A stretch of DNA of 64,000 bases from Anaerolinea sp. (lineage in GTDB: Bacteria; Chloroflexota; Anaerolineae; Anaerolineales; Anaerolineaceae): assembly GCA_020725865.1 (NCBI GenBank), contig DYEC01000007.1:2346-66345 (forward strand), written 5' to 3'. Below, piece after piece: positions 36,320 to 45,550 of the stretch (its first letter is position 1; each line of letters starts with the position of its first letter). Made by a program: the position numbers and the translations under genes. The notes beneath the pieces were generated by a model. That model made no database searches, was not told the DNA's origin, and saw nothing but the letters and a program-made list of their open reading frames with translations.

Positions 36320-36567
36320 GATTTACTCCTTTCTCTCAAGGCAAAAACGAGTGATTTGCATAGATTATAGAACATATATTCTATTTTGTCAATAAGGAAT
36401 TTTTACACCTCGAGCAAAAAGAAACGAAAGAGAATCTTTCTGCAAGAAAGCCGTTTCGCCGGTTTGTATCTTTTATTCGCCACTGATGATTTTTTTACAA
36501 AACTTATGTACAATGAAGGATAAAGCAATTGGTTTCAAAATCGGTTTCAAGAAAGGAGACCCTGACC

Positions 36568-37221
36568 ATGCTTGTTGGAGAACGAATGACCAAACCCGTC
36601 ATCACCATCACACCGGATACGCCTCTGCAAGAAGCTTTGGCGCAGATGCGGCGTGAGAAAGTGCGCCGTTTTCCCATAGTGGACAAACGCGGTAAGCTGA
36701 TTGGTATTGTTTCAGAGAAGGATTTGCTCAACGCCTCGCCATCGGATGCCACCACCCTGAGCGTTTGGGAAGTGAATTACTGGCTCAGCAAGGTCACGGT
36801 TGAAGAAATCATGACCAAGGATGTAATCACCACCTGCCCCGATTGCCCGATTGAGGAAGCTGCGCGCACGATGGCAGACCGAAAAATCGGTGCACTGCCG
36901 GTTTTGGACAACGGCAAACTGGTTGGCATCATCACCGAAACGGATTTGTTCAAAATCTTCCTGGAGTTGTTTGGGGCACGTAAAGCGGGTATTCGCGCCT
37001 CAGTGCTGGTCAAAGACGAACCCGGCAAGTTGTTTGAGCTGACCAGCGCCATCCGTGATCTAGGTGGAAACATCATCTCTTTTGGTACTTTCATGGGTGA
37101 TGATCCTTCAACGGGAAGAGTCACCATGAAAGTGGAAAATGTGACCGTTGAAGCACTCAACAAAGCGCTGTCACCATTGGTCGAGCGGATTATTGATATT
37201 CGTCAGGTAACCGCCGCCTGA
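36568..37221 (+). CDS. CBS-pair + ACT domain protein (AcuB-like)
   Basis: Two CBS motifs are present (MTKPVITITPDTPLQEA...FPIVDKRGKLIGIVSEKDLL; IMTKDVITTCPDCPIEEA...LPVLDNGKLVGIITETDLF). A C-terminal ACT-like domain follows. ATG 36568 follows AAAGGAGA. Confidence 0.85.
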   Translation: MLVGERMTKPVITITPDTPLQEALAQMRREKVRRFPIVDKRGKLIGIVSEKDLLNASPSDATTLSVWEVNYWLSKVTVEEIMTKDVITTCPDCPIEEAARTMADRKIGALPVLDNGKLVGIITETDLFKIFLELFGARKAGIRASVLVKDEPGKLFELTSAIRDLGGNIISFGTFMGDDPSTGRVTMKVENVTVEALNKALSPLVERIIDIRQVTAA

Positions 37222-37246
37222 TCAAGCCGGCGCACATGATAAAGCG

Positions 37247-37320
37247 ATGAGCCATGCCTAACCCATACAGGCCGCTTTGCGAGCGGGATTGTGTTCGCAT
37301 GGCTCATTCTTTAACTTTTG
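37247..37320 (+). terminator. Candidate terminator after the CBS-ACT gene
   Basis: An 11-bp outer stem pairs ATGAGCCATGC (37247-37257) with GCATGGCTCAT (37297-37307). It encloses an inner hairpin CCGCTttgcgAGCGG. The downstream sequence is TCTTTAACTTTTG. Confidence 0.4.
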
Positions 37321-37478
37321 TCACAATAAAACAGTCCTATTTCTGCGTCACTTGCTCCAAAGTGATTGAAACAGCTTTGGGCGCGTGCTACAATCCTTAT
37401 AATCTCTTAATTTATTTTTAATTATCAGCCTATTGCTGGCGGAATAGTGCTGAAACCACAGGCATCATTTCGAGGACG

Positions 37479-39068
37479 ATGACCACCCTGGACTCGTTAC
37501 AAGCCAATATTTTGCTTCAACTCCTCCAATCCGACCGGCCGCTCTCAGCCCGTACGCTGGCGGTAAGACTGGCAATTTCACCCCGTGTGGTGCGCTACCA
37601 TCTGCCGGCGATGGACGCCTGGTTAAATGAGCACGGCGTTCAATTGATGCGCCGGCGCAAAGTAGGACTGGCGATTCAGGCTTCGGTGGAACTGCGCCAG
37701 CGTCTAACGGCTGAATTACAGGACTTACACCATCCCTTACGTCAACCCAGCACCGCTGAACGGGAGCTATTGATTGAGCTGGAACTGCTTACCAGCCATG
37801 CGGCTGTGTATCTGCGGAACTTATCTGCGTGGCTGCGCGTCTCACAAACTACGTTGGTCAAAGATCTTTCGACTATTGCAACTCGTTTCCAAACTTATGG
37901 ATTGGAACTGGTACGGCGTCCCAACACCGGCATGAAAATCGCCGGCTCTGAGCGCGTTCGGCGGCGGTTGGCAACACAACGCCTGCTGGAATTACTGCCG
38001 GCTGAGTGGCTGTTGCAACTGGCGCGTGGAGCCAATCCGACAGCTTTATCAGGATGGGCTGAATCACCCGATATGGCAAACCGAGCCGGGCTGCTGCCCT
38101 TTCTTCTGCCGCTACTGGAACGCCTAGACCTGCCCGGTTCTTACCGCCTCGCCCGGCGAGCAGAACAGGATTTGAAAGTTTCCTTTCCGGATATTGCCAA
38201 AGCGGCGCTGGTGCTGTCACTTTCCATTCAACGTTTGCGTCTGAGGCAGGGAGACTTGTTGTGGCAGGATGAGCCTGCACCACAACCTGCCGATTTAATT
38301 GGGTTGCAGAGTGTTCTGAAAGCACTGGCGGATCGTTTGCGGCAGGAAAGCGGTCGTCCGCTGCCGCTGGCAGAGGTGCACGAGCTGGGTTTGAACCTCC
38401 TCGGTGCCGAGGCACAGCCGGCCGACCAGCTCGCAGTGCGCCGCCCACCGCTGGTTTCTGCTGAACTGAACAGTCTGGTGGAGGAAATGATGGCAATCGT
38501 TGCCAGCCGGGTAGACCCGTTGCTCGGCTTGAATGCTGAGCTGCGGGCTGCGCTGTTGGAGTATTTGCCTTCGGCGCTCTATCGCGTGCGTTATCACCTG
38601 CCGTTCTACAACCCGCAGGTGCGCGAAATCCAGAACGCATACCCGCAACTGTTTGAAGCCGCTCGCGAGGTTTGTGCTGTGTTGGAAAAAGCGGCTCAGG
38701 CGCCTGTACCGCAAGAAGAAATCAGCTATGTGACCATGTGTCTGGTGGCAGCTGTAGAAGGCGGCGTGCATAGGGCGCCGCCGCGCGTGGCGGTCCTCTG
38801 TCCTTTGGGAGTGGCAACCTCTCGAATGCTGGTCTCGCGCCTTAAAGCCGAGTTTCCCACACTGGAAATTGTATCGGTCTGCTCCTTTGAAACCATGCAT
38901 CTACTGCCGGAGGATCTCGACCTGATCATCACTACCTCTTCTTATTTACCCAGCCAGCCCGGCGCATCTGTCATTCAGGTTAATCCGTTGCTCTATCCAG
39001 CCGACCGGGTGCGGATTCTGAACTGGCTGCAGGAATATTACAAAACCGATATTCGCAATCAGGGTTAA
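37479..39068 (+). CDS. PRD-domain PTS regulator (HTH + PRD + EIIB-like domain; MtlR/LicR-type)
   Basis: 529 aa. The N-terminal winged HTH is ILLQLLQSDRPLSARTLAVRLAISPRVVRYHL. PRD-like helical repeats fill the middle. The C-terminal EIIB-like segment is RVAVLCPLGVATSRMLVSRLKAEFP. It lies directly upstream of ptsH and the EII genes. Confidence 0.75.
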   Translation: MTTLDSLQANILLQLLQSDRPLSARTLAVRLAISPRVVRYHLPAMDAWLNEHGVQLMRRRKVGLAIQASVELRQRLTAELQDLHHPLRQPSTAERELLIELELLTSHAAVYLRNLSAWLRVSQTTLVKDLSTIATRFQTYGLELVRRPNTGMKIAGSERVRRRLATQRLLELLPAEWLLQLARGANPTALSGWAESPDMANRAGLLPFLLPLLERLDLPGSYRLARRAEQDLKVSFPDIAKAALVLSLSIQRLRLRQGDLLWQDEPAPQPADLIGLQSVLKALADRLRQESGRPLPLAEVHELGLNLLGAEAQPADQLAVRRPPLVSAELNSLVEEMMAIVASRVDPLLGLNAELRAALLEYLPSALYRVRYHLPFYNPQVREIQNAYPQLFEAAREVCAVLEKAAQAPVPQEEISYVTMCLVAAVEGGVHRAPPRVAVLCPLGVATSRMLVSRLKAEFPTLEIVSVCSFETMHLLPEDLDLIITTSSYLPSQPGASVIQVNPLLYPADRVRILNWLQEYYKTDIRNQG

Positions 39069-39073
39069 AGCTA

Positions 39074-39355
39074 ATGGAACAAATCTCATTAACGGTTCTA
39101 CATCCCGTAGGGCTACATGCCCGCCCAGCAACTTTATTTGTGGAAACTGCCAAGCGTTTTCAATCTACGGTAAAGGTGCGCAAAGGCGAGAAGGAAGTCA
39201 ACGCCAAATCAATCCTCTCAGTGCTTTCTCTGGGCGTCAAGATGAATGATGAAATCATCCTGACCGCTGAAGGGACGGATGAGGAAGCTGTACTACAAGC
39301 TATGAAGGAATTAATTTTGAGCAACTTTGGCGAAGGAGAAACCGAAAACGCATGA
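39074..39355 (+). CDS. ptsH: Phosphocarrier protein HPr
   Basis: 93 aa. The His15 motif is HPVGLHARPA. The Ser46 region is VNAKSILSVLSLG. Confidence 0.95.
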   Translation: MEQISLTVLHPVGLHARPATLFVETAKRFQSTVKVRKGEKEVNAKSILSVLSLGVKMNDEIILTAEGTDEEAVLQAMKELILSNFGEGETENA

Positions 39356-40302
39356 GCAACATGGTGGCAACCCGAGATGCCTTTGGGCAGGCACTGGTTG
39401 AACTGGGGGCCGAAAACCCGCAAGTGGTGGTGCTGAGCGGTGATCTGGCTGAGAGTACCCGCGCTGCGTTGTTTGGCGAGCATTATCCAGAGCGCTTTTT
39501 TGAGATGGGTATCTCTGAGCAGGATTTGGTCGGCACCGCTGCCGGGTTAGCCTTGGGCGGCAAAATCCCCTTCGTCTGCACATACGCTGTTTTCGCTGTC
39601 AGCCGAGCCTTTGACCAGATTCGTGTCTCGGTTTGTTACACGGGCGCCAACGTCAAACTTGCCGTTACCCATGCCGGGCTGAGTGTGGGGGAGGATGGGG
39701 CTACCGCCATGACGCTGGAAGACCTGGCGCTGATGTGCAGTCTGCCATCAATGACTGTAGTTGTACCGGCAGATGCCGGCGAAACGAAAGCTGCCGTGCG
39801 TGCCGCGGCTGTCTGGAAAGGTCCGCTTTACCTGCGCATGGGGCGCAGTCCCGTGCCCGTCTTGGAAGAACCGGGGGCGGACTGGCAAATCGGTCACGCC
39901 CGCCGAATGCGTGCCGGCAAAGATGTCACGCTGGTTGCCTGCGGGGCAATGGTCTCCGCGGCATTGGAAGCCGCCGAAACGCTTTCCCAACAAGGCATTT
40001 CAGCCGATGTGCTCAACTTCCACACACTCAAACCTTTTGATTGCGCCGCATTGGTCAAGTCAGCCAGCCGCAGCGGAGGGGTGGTGGTCGCAGAGGAACA
40101 TAACATTTTTGGCGGATTAGGCAGTATCGCGGCGCGGGTGCTTGGCGAAAACTGTCCGGTGCCAATGCGTTTTATCGCCACTCAGGATACTTTCGGTGAA
40201 TCCGGCAAGCCGGAAGAACTGATGCAGAAATATGGTTTGACCAGCGAACGGATCGTTGCCGCAGCGCTGGAACTCTTACAACCTGAAGGAGTGCGGCAAT
40301 GA
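39352..40302 (+). CDS. Transketolase, C-terminal (pyrimidine-binding + C-terminal domain) subunit
   Basis: 316 aa. TRDAFGQALVELGAENPQVVVLSGDLAEST and FFEMGISEQDLVGTAAGLA are typical of split transketolase subunit B. The start overlaps the ptsH stop as ATGA. Confidence 0.9.
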   Translation: MSNMVATRDAFGQALVELGAENPQVVVLSGDLAESTRAALFGEHYPERFFEMGISEQDLVGTAAGLALGGKIPFVCTYAVFAVSRAFDQIRVSVCYTGANVKLAVTHAGLSVGEDGATAMTLEDLALMCSLPSMTVVVPADAGETKAAVRAAAVWKGPLYLRMGRSPVPVLEEPGADWQIGHARRMRAGKDVTLVACGAMVSAALEAAETLSQQGISADVLNFHTLKPFDCAALVKSASRSGGVVVAEEHNIFGGLGSIAARVLGENCPVPMRFIATQDTFGESGKPEELMQKYGLTSERIVAAALELLQPEGVRQ

Positions 40303-40736
40303 TGCTAAAAGATTTGCTGACCCCACAAACCATCCGGCTGAACGCCAGCGCAAACGATTGGCAAACTGTAACCGATCTGGCGGGGCAGTTGTTGCTGGAT
40401 ACGGGCGCCATAACGGCAGATTACATCGAAGAAATGAAAGAAACCGTTCGTCAGTTGGGACCTTATGTGGTGATTGCACCGGGTATTGCACTGTTACATT
40501 CGCGCCCTTCTCCAAGCGTGCGGCAGGTATGTATGAGTCTGGTCACCCTTAAGCCGCCGGTCGCCTTTGGCCACCCGCATAATGATCCGGTAGAAATTGC
40601 CATCGCGCTGGGCGGCATTGATGAAAGCTCTCATATTGACGCGCTGGCACAGATAGCCGATATTCTCTCCGAGCCGGCGAATGTAGAAAAGATTCGCTCG
40701 GCACAAAAAGTGGAAGAAATCCTGGCATTGTTTTAG
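40299..40736 (+). CDS. PTS EIIA component (EIIA-2, ascorbate/mannitol type)
   Basis: 145 aa. The phosphorylatable His lies in PGIALLHSRP, and the layout is UlaC/SgaA-like. The start overlaps the upstream stop as ATGA. Confidence 0.85.
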   Translation: MMLKDLLTPQTIRLNASANDWQTVTDLAGQLLLDTGAITADYIEEMKETVRQLGPYVVIAPGIALLHSRPSPSVRQVCMSLVTLKPPVAFGHPHNDPVEIAIALGGIDESSHIDALAQIADILSEPANVEKIRSAQKVEEILALF

Positions 40737-40780
40737 CCGGGTTTCAGAAAATTATCTCAACAGGAAAGGAGGTGAACAAT

Positions 40781-41074
40781 TTGACAAAAATTTTGGCAGT
40801 GTGCGGAATGGGATTGGGTAGTAGCCTGGTGATGCGTATGCAGATGGAAAAGGTGCTCAAAGAAGCCGGGCTGAGCGCCGAAATTGAAGTTGTGGACATC
40901 AGCAGTGCTCGCGGAGCAGGCAGTACACAGGCAGATCTGGTGGTCACATCTGAGGAACTGCAAACCCAGCTTGGTGATCTCAGAGTCCCCATTCTGGCAA
41001 TCCGCAACCTGCTAGACCTGAACGAACTGCGCGAAAAGTTAATTCCCATTGTTCAATCGTTGTCCGGCAAGTAA
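40781..41074 (+). CDS. PTS EIIB component (ascorbate family, UlaB/SgaB-like)
   Basis: KILAVCGMGLGSSLVMRMQMEKVL carries the active Cys. I prefer TTG 40781, which lies 8 nt after AGGAGG. The ORF-track GTG start at 40772 overlaps the RBS. Confidence 0.85.
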   Translation: MTKILAVCGMGLGSSLVMRMQMEKVLKEAGLSAEIEVVDISSARGAGSTQADLVVTSEELQTQLGDLRVPILAIRNLLDLNELREKLIPIVQSLSGK

Positions 41075-41107
41075 ATTTTTCATTATTTCAGAAGGAGGAG
41101 CAACATC

Positions 41108-42385
41108 ATGAGTGTTTTACAATGGATCATTAAATTTTTGCAGGATATTCTGAGTGTTCCCGCCGTGATGCTGGGTCTGGCGGCACTGGTGGGCTTAATT
41201 GCACTCAAGAAGACTTTCACCGAGGTTCTGGTCGGCACCTTTAAAGCGATCATCGGCTTTCTCATTCTGGGTGCTGGCGCTAGCTTCCTGGTGGGCATCC
41301 TTAACAACCTGTCTCCGCTGCTGGAAACCGGGTTCAACATTCGCGGCGTCATCCCCAACAATGAGGCGGTTGTCTCGGTAGCCGTCAAGACGCTGGGGAC
41401 ACAGACAGCGTTGATCATGATCTTCGGTCTGGTGGTCAATGTCCTGCTAGCCCGTTTCACCCCGCTGAAGTACATCTGGCTGACCGGTCATCATACTTTC
41501 TATATGGCAGCCATGCTGGCGGCTGTGCTGGGTGCAGCCGGAATGAGCGGCGCGGCGCTGGTGATCGTCGGCGCTCTCCTGCTCGGTTTTGTGGAGGTGC
41601 TGATGCCCGCCTGGGCACAGCCGGTCATGCGCAAGATTACCGGCGGCAATGAGGTGTCGCTGGGTCACTTTGGCACGCTGGGCTACATGGTTTCCAGCTA
41701 CATTGGCAAAGTTGTTGGTGATCCCAAGCAAAGCACTGAAGATATCAAACTGCCCAAGAGTTTGGGCTTTTTCCGCGACTCGCTGGTCGCCACCGGGTTG
41801 ATCATGATTGTCATCTTCCTGATTGCCGTGATCGCGGCAGGTCCTGCTCATGTGGAAGCCAATGTCAGCGGCGGGCAGAACTTCATCGTCTGGACGCTGG
41901 TGCAGGGTCTGTCTTTCGCCGCCGGCGTTGCGGTCATCCTGCAAGGCGTGCGCATGATCCTGGCTGAGATCGTCCCCGCCTTCAAAGGTATTGCCGAGAA
42001 AATTGTGCCGGAAGCCAAACCGGCTCTGGACTGCCCCGTTACCTTCCCCTTCGCTCCGAACGCAGTCATCATCGGCTTCCTGTCGTCCTTCATCGGCGGC
42101 ATTATCGGCATGATCATCCTGGGCTTCACCAGCCTGGCAGTGATCATCCCCGGTCTGGTGCCGCACTTCTTCGTTGGCGGCACAGCCGGCGTGTTTGGCA
42201 ATGCCACTGGTGGGCGGCGCGGCGCCGTCATCGGTGCGTTTGTCAACGGTCTGATCATCACCTTCCTGGCGGCATTGCTCCTGCCCGTGTTGGGCGACCT
42301 GGGCTTTGCCAACACCACCTTCGGCGATTCGGACTTCCAGTGGCTGGGCATTCTGGTTGGTTATCTCGCCAAATTGCTCCGCTAA
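41108..42385 (+). CDS. PTS EIIC component, ascorbate family (UlaA/SgaT-like)
   Basis: 425 aa and polytopic. The N-terminus WIIKFLQDILSVPAVMLGLAALVGLIALKK is typical of SgaT/UlaA permeases. Confidence 0.9.
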   Translation: MSVLQWIIKFLQDILSVPAVMLGLAALVGLIALKKTFTEVLVGTFKAIIGFLILGAGASFLVGILNNLSPLLETGFNIRGVIPNNEAVVSVAVKTLGTQTALIMIFGLVVNVLLARFTPLKYIWLTGHHTFYMAAMLAAVLGAAGMSGAALVIVGALLLGFVEVLMPAWAQPVMRKITGGNEVSLGHFGTLGYMVSSYIGKVVGDPKQSTEDIKLPKSLGFFRDSLVATGLIMIVIFLIAVIAAGPAHVEANVSGGQNFIVWTLVQGLSFAAGVAVILQGVRMILAEIVPAFKGIAEKIVPEAKPALDCPVTFPFAPNAVIIGFLSSFIGGIIGMIILGFTSLAVIIPGLVPHFFVGGTAGVFGNATGGRRGAVIGAFVNGLIITFLAALLLPVLGDLGFANTTFGDSDFQWLGILVGYLAKLLR

Positions 42386-42418
42386 ACTGAACGAGGGTGG
42401 TTTCTTCCCCCCCCATCC

Positions 42419-42446
42419 GGATGAGGCGCAACTTTGCGCCTCATCC
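42419..42446 (+). other. Intra-operon 12-bp perfect stem-loop between the EIIC and transketolase N-subunit genes
   Basis: GGATGAGGCGCA (42419-42430) is followed by loop ACTT and TGCGCCTCATCC (42435-42446). A C-run lies upstream. No clear U-tract follows. Confidence 0.45.
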
Positions 42447-42469
42447 TCTATGGGAGTCGTTGACTTATC

Positions 42470-43357
42470 ATGAGGTACTTTTCATTGATTGACTCTACAC
42501 CTATCCTGACAGCGAACTTCGACCGCTCGCTACAACATGTCCGCAGGCTGGAACGTATTGCGCTGGAATTACGACTCGGCGTAGTGAACCTGCTACGCCA
42601 CAGCCGTTCCGGTCACCTGGGCGGTTCGCTCTCGCTGGCAGATGTGATGGCAGTTTTGTATTTTTCCGTGCTACGCAATGATCCGGCACAACCAGACTGG
42701 AGCGCTCGTGATCCATTGCTGCTTTCCAAAGGTCATGCCGCGCCAATCCTGTTTGTCACGCTGGCGGCGCGCGGCTACTTTCCAATGGAATGGCTGGACG
42801 AACACCGCAAACTGAACGGGCGCGTGCAGGGTCACCCCGACCGTAAAACTCCGGGCGTGGAAGCCGCCACCGGCTCGCTGGGACAGGGTCTCTCTATTGT
42901 CAATGGTCTGATGCTGGCGGCACGATTGAACGGGCGTGACACGCGCGCAGTTGCAGTGTTGGGCGATGGAGAGTGTGATGAAGGGCAGGTATGGGAAGCA
43001 GCCATGAGCGCCGCTCACTATCGCCTGCCTACGGTAGCCGTGCTGGATCGTAACCGACTGCAAATTGGCGGCACGACCGAACAGGTGATGCACCTTGAGC
43101 CGCTGGCGGATAAATGGCGCAGTTTTGGGTGGCAGGTGCTGGAAGTGAACGGTCATTCCATCCCGGCTCTGCTGCGGGCTTTCGAGACCGCCTGGCAAAC
43201 GCTTGATCAACCCACGTTGATCCTCGCACACACGATTAAAGGTAAAGGCGTGTCATTCATGGAAAACCAGGTGGACTATCACGCCAAAATCCCTGCCGAC
43301 GCGTTGTTTGAACAGGCACTGGCGGAACTGTCGCAGGCAATAAGGGATAATTTGTAA
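42470..43357 (+). CDS. Transketolase, N-terminal (thiamine diphosphate-binding) subunit
   Basis: 295 aa. Contains SGHLGGSLSLADVMAVLYF, LSKGHAAPILF and the GDGECDEGQVWEA ThDP motif. Confidence 0.9.
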   Translation: MRYFSLIDSTPILTANFDRSLQHVRRLERIALELRLGVVNLLRHSRSGHLGGSLSLADVMAVLYFSVLRNDPAQPDWSARDPLLLSKGHAAPILFVTLAARGYFPMEWLDEHRKLNGRVQGHPDRKTPGVEAATGSLGQGLSIVNGLMLAARLNGRDTRAVAVLGDGECDEGQVWEAAMSAAHYRLPTVAVLDRNRLQIGGTTEQVMHLEPLADKWRSFGWQVLEVNGHSIPALLRAFETAWQTLDQPTLILAHTIKGKGVSFMENQVDYHAKIPADALFEQALAELSQAIRDNL

Positions 43358-43370
43358 ACAACCGGAGGGA

Positions 43371-45083
43371 ATGATGAAAACCTGGACCGGCACAGGTGTA
43401 TCCGAAGGGATTGTCAGCGGGCCGTTGTGGATTTACCTCCCCGCACGCTATGAAGTGCCGCGCCGCGCCGGCTGTGACCCAGAAGCCGAATGGCAACGCG
43501 TGCTGAGCGCGCTCGAAAAGGTCAAGACAAATATCGCCGCACTGCGCGAGCGAGCCGGACAAAGCGTGGGCGAAGCCGAAGCCGCCATTTTTGACGCCCA
43601 CCGCATGTTTTTGGAAGACCCGGAACTGCTGGAAGACATTCAGCGCCGCCTGCAAGAGGAAGGTATCAATGCCGAAGCCGCCGTGCAGGACGCCGGTCAA
43701 AACTTTGCCCAAATGATGCTGGCGCTGGAAGATGCCTATTTCCGCGAGCGCGCTCAGGATGTGCAGGATGTCATTCAGCAGGTCATCCGCGCACTGTTGG
43801 GATTGGACCAGAGCGGACAGTCTCCGCTGCAACCTGCAATTATCCTTGCCGAAGAGCTGACCCCTTCCGATACCATTCAGTTCGAGCGCTCTGTTATTTT
43901 GGGATTGGTGACCATGCGCGGCGGACCGACATCGCACGCGGCAATCCTGGCACGCAGTCTGGGCGTTCCGGCTGTGGTCAGTGTGCCTTTTGAGTGGGCA
44001 GACCTGCACAGTGGTCAACCGGCGATCCTCGATGGCAACCGCGGAACGCTGACCGTTGATCCCGATCCTAACACGCTTGCCAAGGCGGAGCAGAGCGGCG
44101 CGGTCTATCGGGCGCGGCAGAAGGCACTTTTAGAAAGCGCACAGGCGCCGACCGTGACGCGGGACGGCTTGCGGGTTGAGGTAGTAGCGAATATCGGTTC
44201 GGTAGAAGACGCCGTCCAGGCGGTGCGCTATGGCGCTGAGGGTGTCGGTCTCTTTCGTACCGAGTTTCTCTATATGGGGCAGAACGCCTTGCTCTCCGAA
44301 GAACAGCAGATTGCGGCATACCGCGAGGTGTTCCATATTCTCTCGCCGCGCCCGGTTGTGGTGCGCACGCTGGACATCGGCGGTGACAAAGATATCCCTT
44401 ATTTGGGACTGCAACGCGAACAAAATCCATTCCTTGGCTGGCGGGGTATTCGGATGATCTCTGAACGACCCGATTTGATCAGCGGGCAATTCCGCGCTTT
44501 GCTGCAAGCCGGCGTTGATGTGGATTTGCGGATCATGATCCCGATGGTGTCCAGTTTGCAGGAAATCACACAGGCACGGGAACTGTTTGAGCAGACACGC
44601 ATCGAACTGATGAAGCAGGGACTGCCTTGTGCTGAGCAAGTGCAGTTTGGCATCATGGTTGAAGTGCCCTCCATTGCGCTGGTTGCTGAACATGCCGCAA
44701 AACTGGTGGATTTCTTCAGCATTGGCACCAACGACCTGACTCAGTACACACTGGCAGTAGACCGCGGCAACGAACGCGTTGCCAGCCTTGCCAGTCCGTT
44801 TCATCCGGCAGTGTTGCAGTTGATTGCCAGAACGGTGCGCGCTGCGCACAGTGCCGGCAAATGGTGCGGGTTGTGCGGCGAGATGGCAGGCGACCCGCTG
44901 GCTGCGCCTTTCCTGCTGGGAATTGGGTTAGATGAGTTCAGCGCTTCACCAGCGCTCATTCCAGCACTAAAGGAGACCCTTCGCAAGCTGGACGCTTCAC
45001 AATGCAGACCCATCGCAGAGGCATGTCTGACACTCTCATCGCCCGAAGAGGTGCAGGAGCGTTTAAGAAAGATTGCAGGGTAA
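43371..45083 (+). CDS. ptsI: Phosphoenolpyruvate-protein phosphotransferase (PTS enzyme I)
   Basis: 570 aa. The active His motif is GGPTSHAAILARSLGVPAVV. The PEP-utilising TIM barrel shows GLFRTEFLY, FFSIGTNDLTQY and CGEMAGDP. Confidence 0.95.
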   Translation: MMKTWTGTGVSEGIVSGPLWIYLPARYEVPRRAGCDPEAEWQRVLSALEKVKTNIAALRERAGQSVGEAEAAIFDAHRMFLEDPELLEDIQRRLQEEGINAEAAVQDAGQNFAQMMLALEDAYFRERAQDVQDVIQQVIRALLGLDQSGQSPLQPAIILAEELTPSDTIQFERSVILGLVTMRGGPTSHAAILARSLGVPAVVSVPFEWADLHSGQPAILDGNRGTLTVDPDPNTLAKAEQSGAVYRARQKALLESAQAPTVTRDGLRVEVVANIGSVEDAVQAVRYGAEGVGLFRTEFLYMGQNALLSEEQQIAAYREVFHILSPRPVVVRTLDIGGDKDIPYLGLQREQNPFLGWRGIRMISERPDLISGQFRALLQAGVDVDLRIMIPMVSSLQEITQARELFEQTRIELMKQGLPCAEQVQFGIMVEVPSIALVAEHAAKLVDFFSIGTNDLTQYTLAVDRGNERVASLASPFHPAVLQLIARTVRAAHSAGKWCGLCGEMAGDPLAAPFLLGIGLDEFSASPALIPALKETLRKLDASQCRPIAEACLTLSSPEEVQERLRKIAG

Positions 45084-45331
45084 GCCCGCCGCCAAACATT
45101 CTCCGCCCAAAGTTCCTGATTGGAGCAGGCGAGTAAGTTATCAACCTGTCTCGTTTCAGACTGGCGGTGATGCAAAGAGTAATAAGTCTGTTCATTTATG
45201 TCGTGCGAAAGGCACGCAGACTTAACACTTGAGGGACTTGCGTTAAACCCGAAACGTGCTAAACTAATAAAAGATTTCCCCTTTTCACTGGTATTTCATT
45301 ATTGGCAGGGTACCTTCCGTTTCTGTTTGTG

Positions 45332-45345
45332 TTATCACGTGATAA
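45332..45345. promoter_or_regulatory. Perfect 14-bp palindrome TTATCACGTGATAA in the liv operon leader region
   Basis: Read directly from the sequence. It lies about 205 nt upstream of the substrate-binding protein ATG. The binding factor is unknown. Confidence 0.35.
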
Positions 45346-45550
45346 TGCACAGGACACTGGGACAGCCGGTTGTCGGTTTATCCGAATGAGAGGTTCGGCT
45401 ATTCACCGCGACGGTTCAATCCCGGTAGACAACCATCAATCAGTGTAGGCAGAAAGGAGGTGTTCGGCAACAAATTCGAAGAAAAGAAGTCGCATCTCGT
45501 ATTCGATTGACCCTGTTCGGATTTCTGTCACCAGGAGAAGGAAGGAAAAT

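Noticed and set aside
37873-38900. 255-aa and 201-aa minus-strand ORFs
   Set aside because: They are antisense to the PRD regulator gene. They have no motifs and an Arg/Ala/Pro-rich composition.
41447-44849. Several 167-253-aa minus-strand ORFs (41447-42166, 41848-42351, 43257-44018, 44130-44849)
   Set aside because: All are antisense to the strongly supported EIIC, transketolase and EI genes. They are artefacts of open antisense frames.
45300-45325. T-box-like sequence (TTGGCAGGGTACCTTCCG compared with the remembered T-box core GGGTGGTACCGCG)
   Set aside because: Only the GGTACC core matches. The position is about 230 nt from the start codon, with no adjacent terminator/antiterminator pair. 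I could identify no specifier loop or stem I features.
45405-45434. tRNA-like T-loop sequence GGTTCAATCCCGG in the liv leader
   Set aside because: I could not build an acceptor stem, D-arm or anticodon arm around it. It is not a tRNA gene. It is kept only as part of the candidate leader structure.
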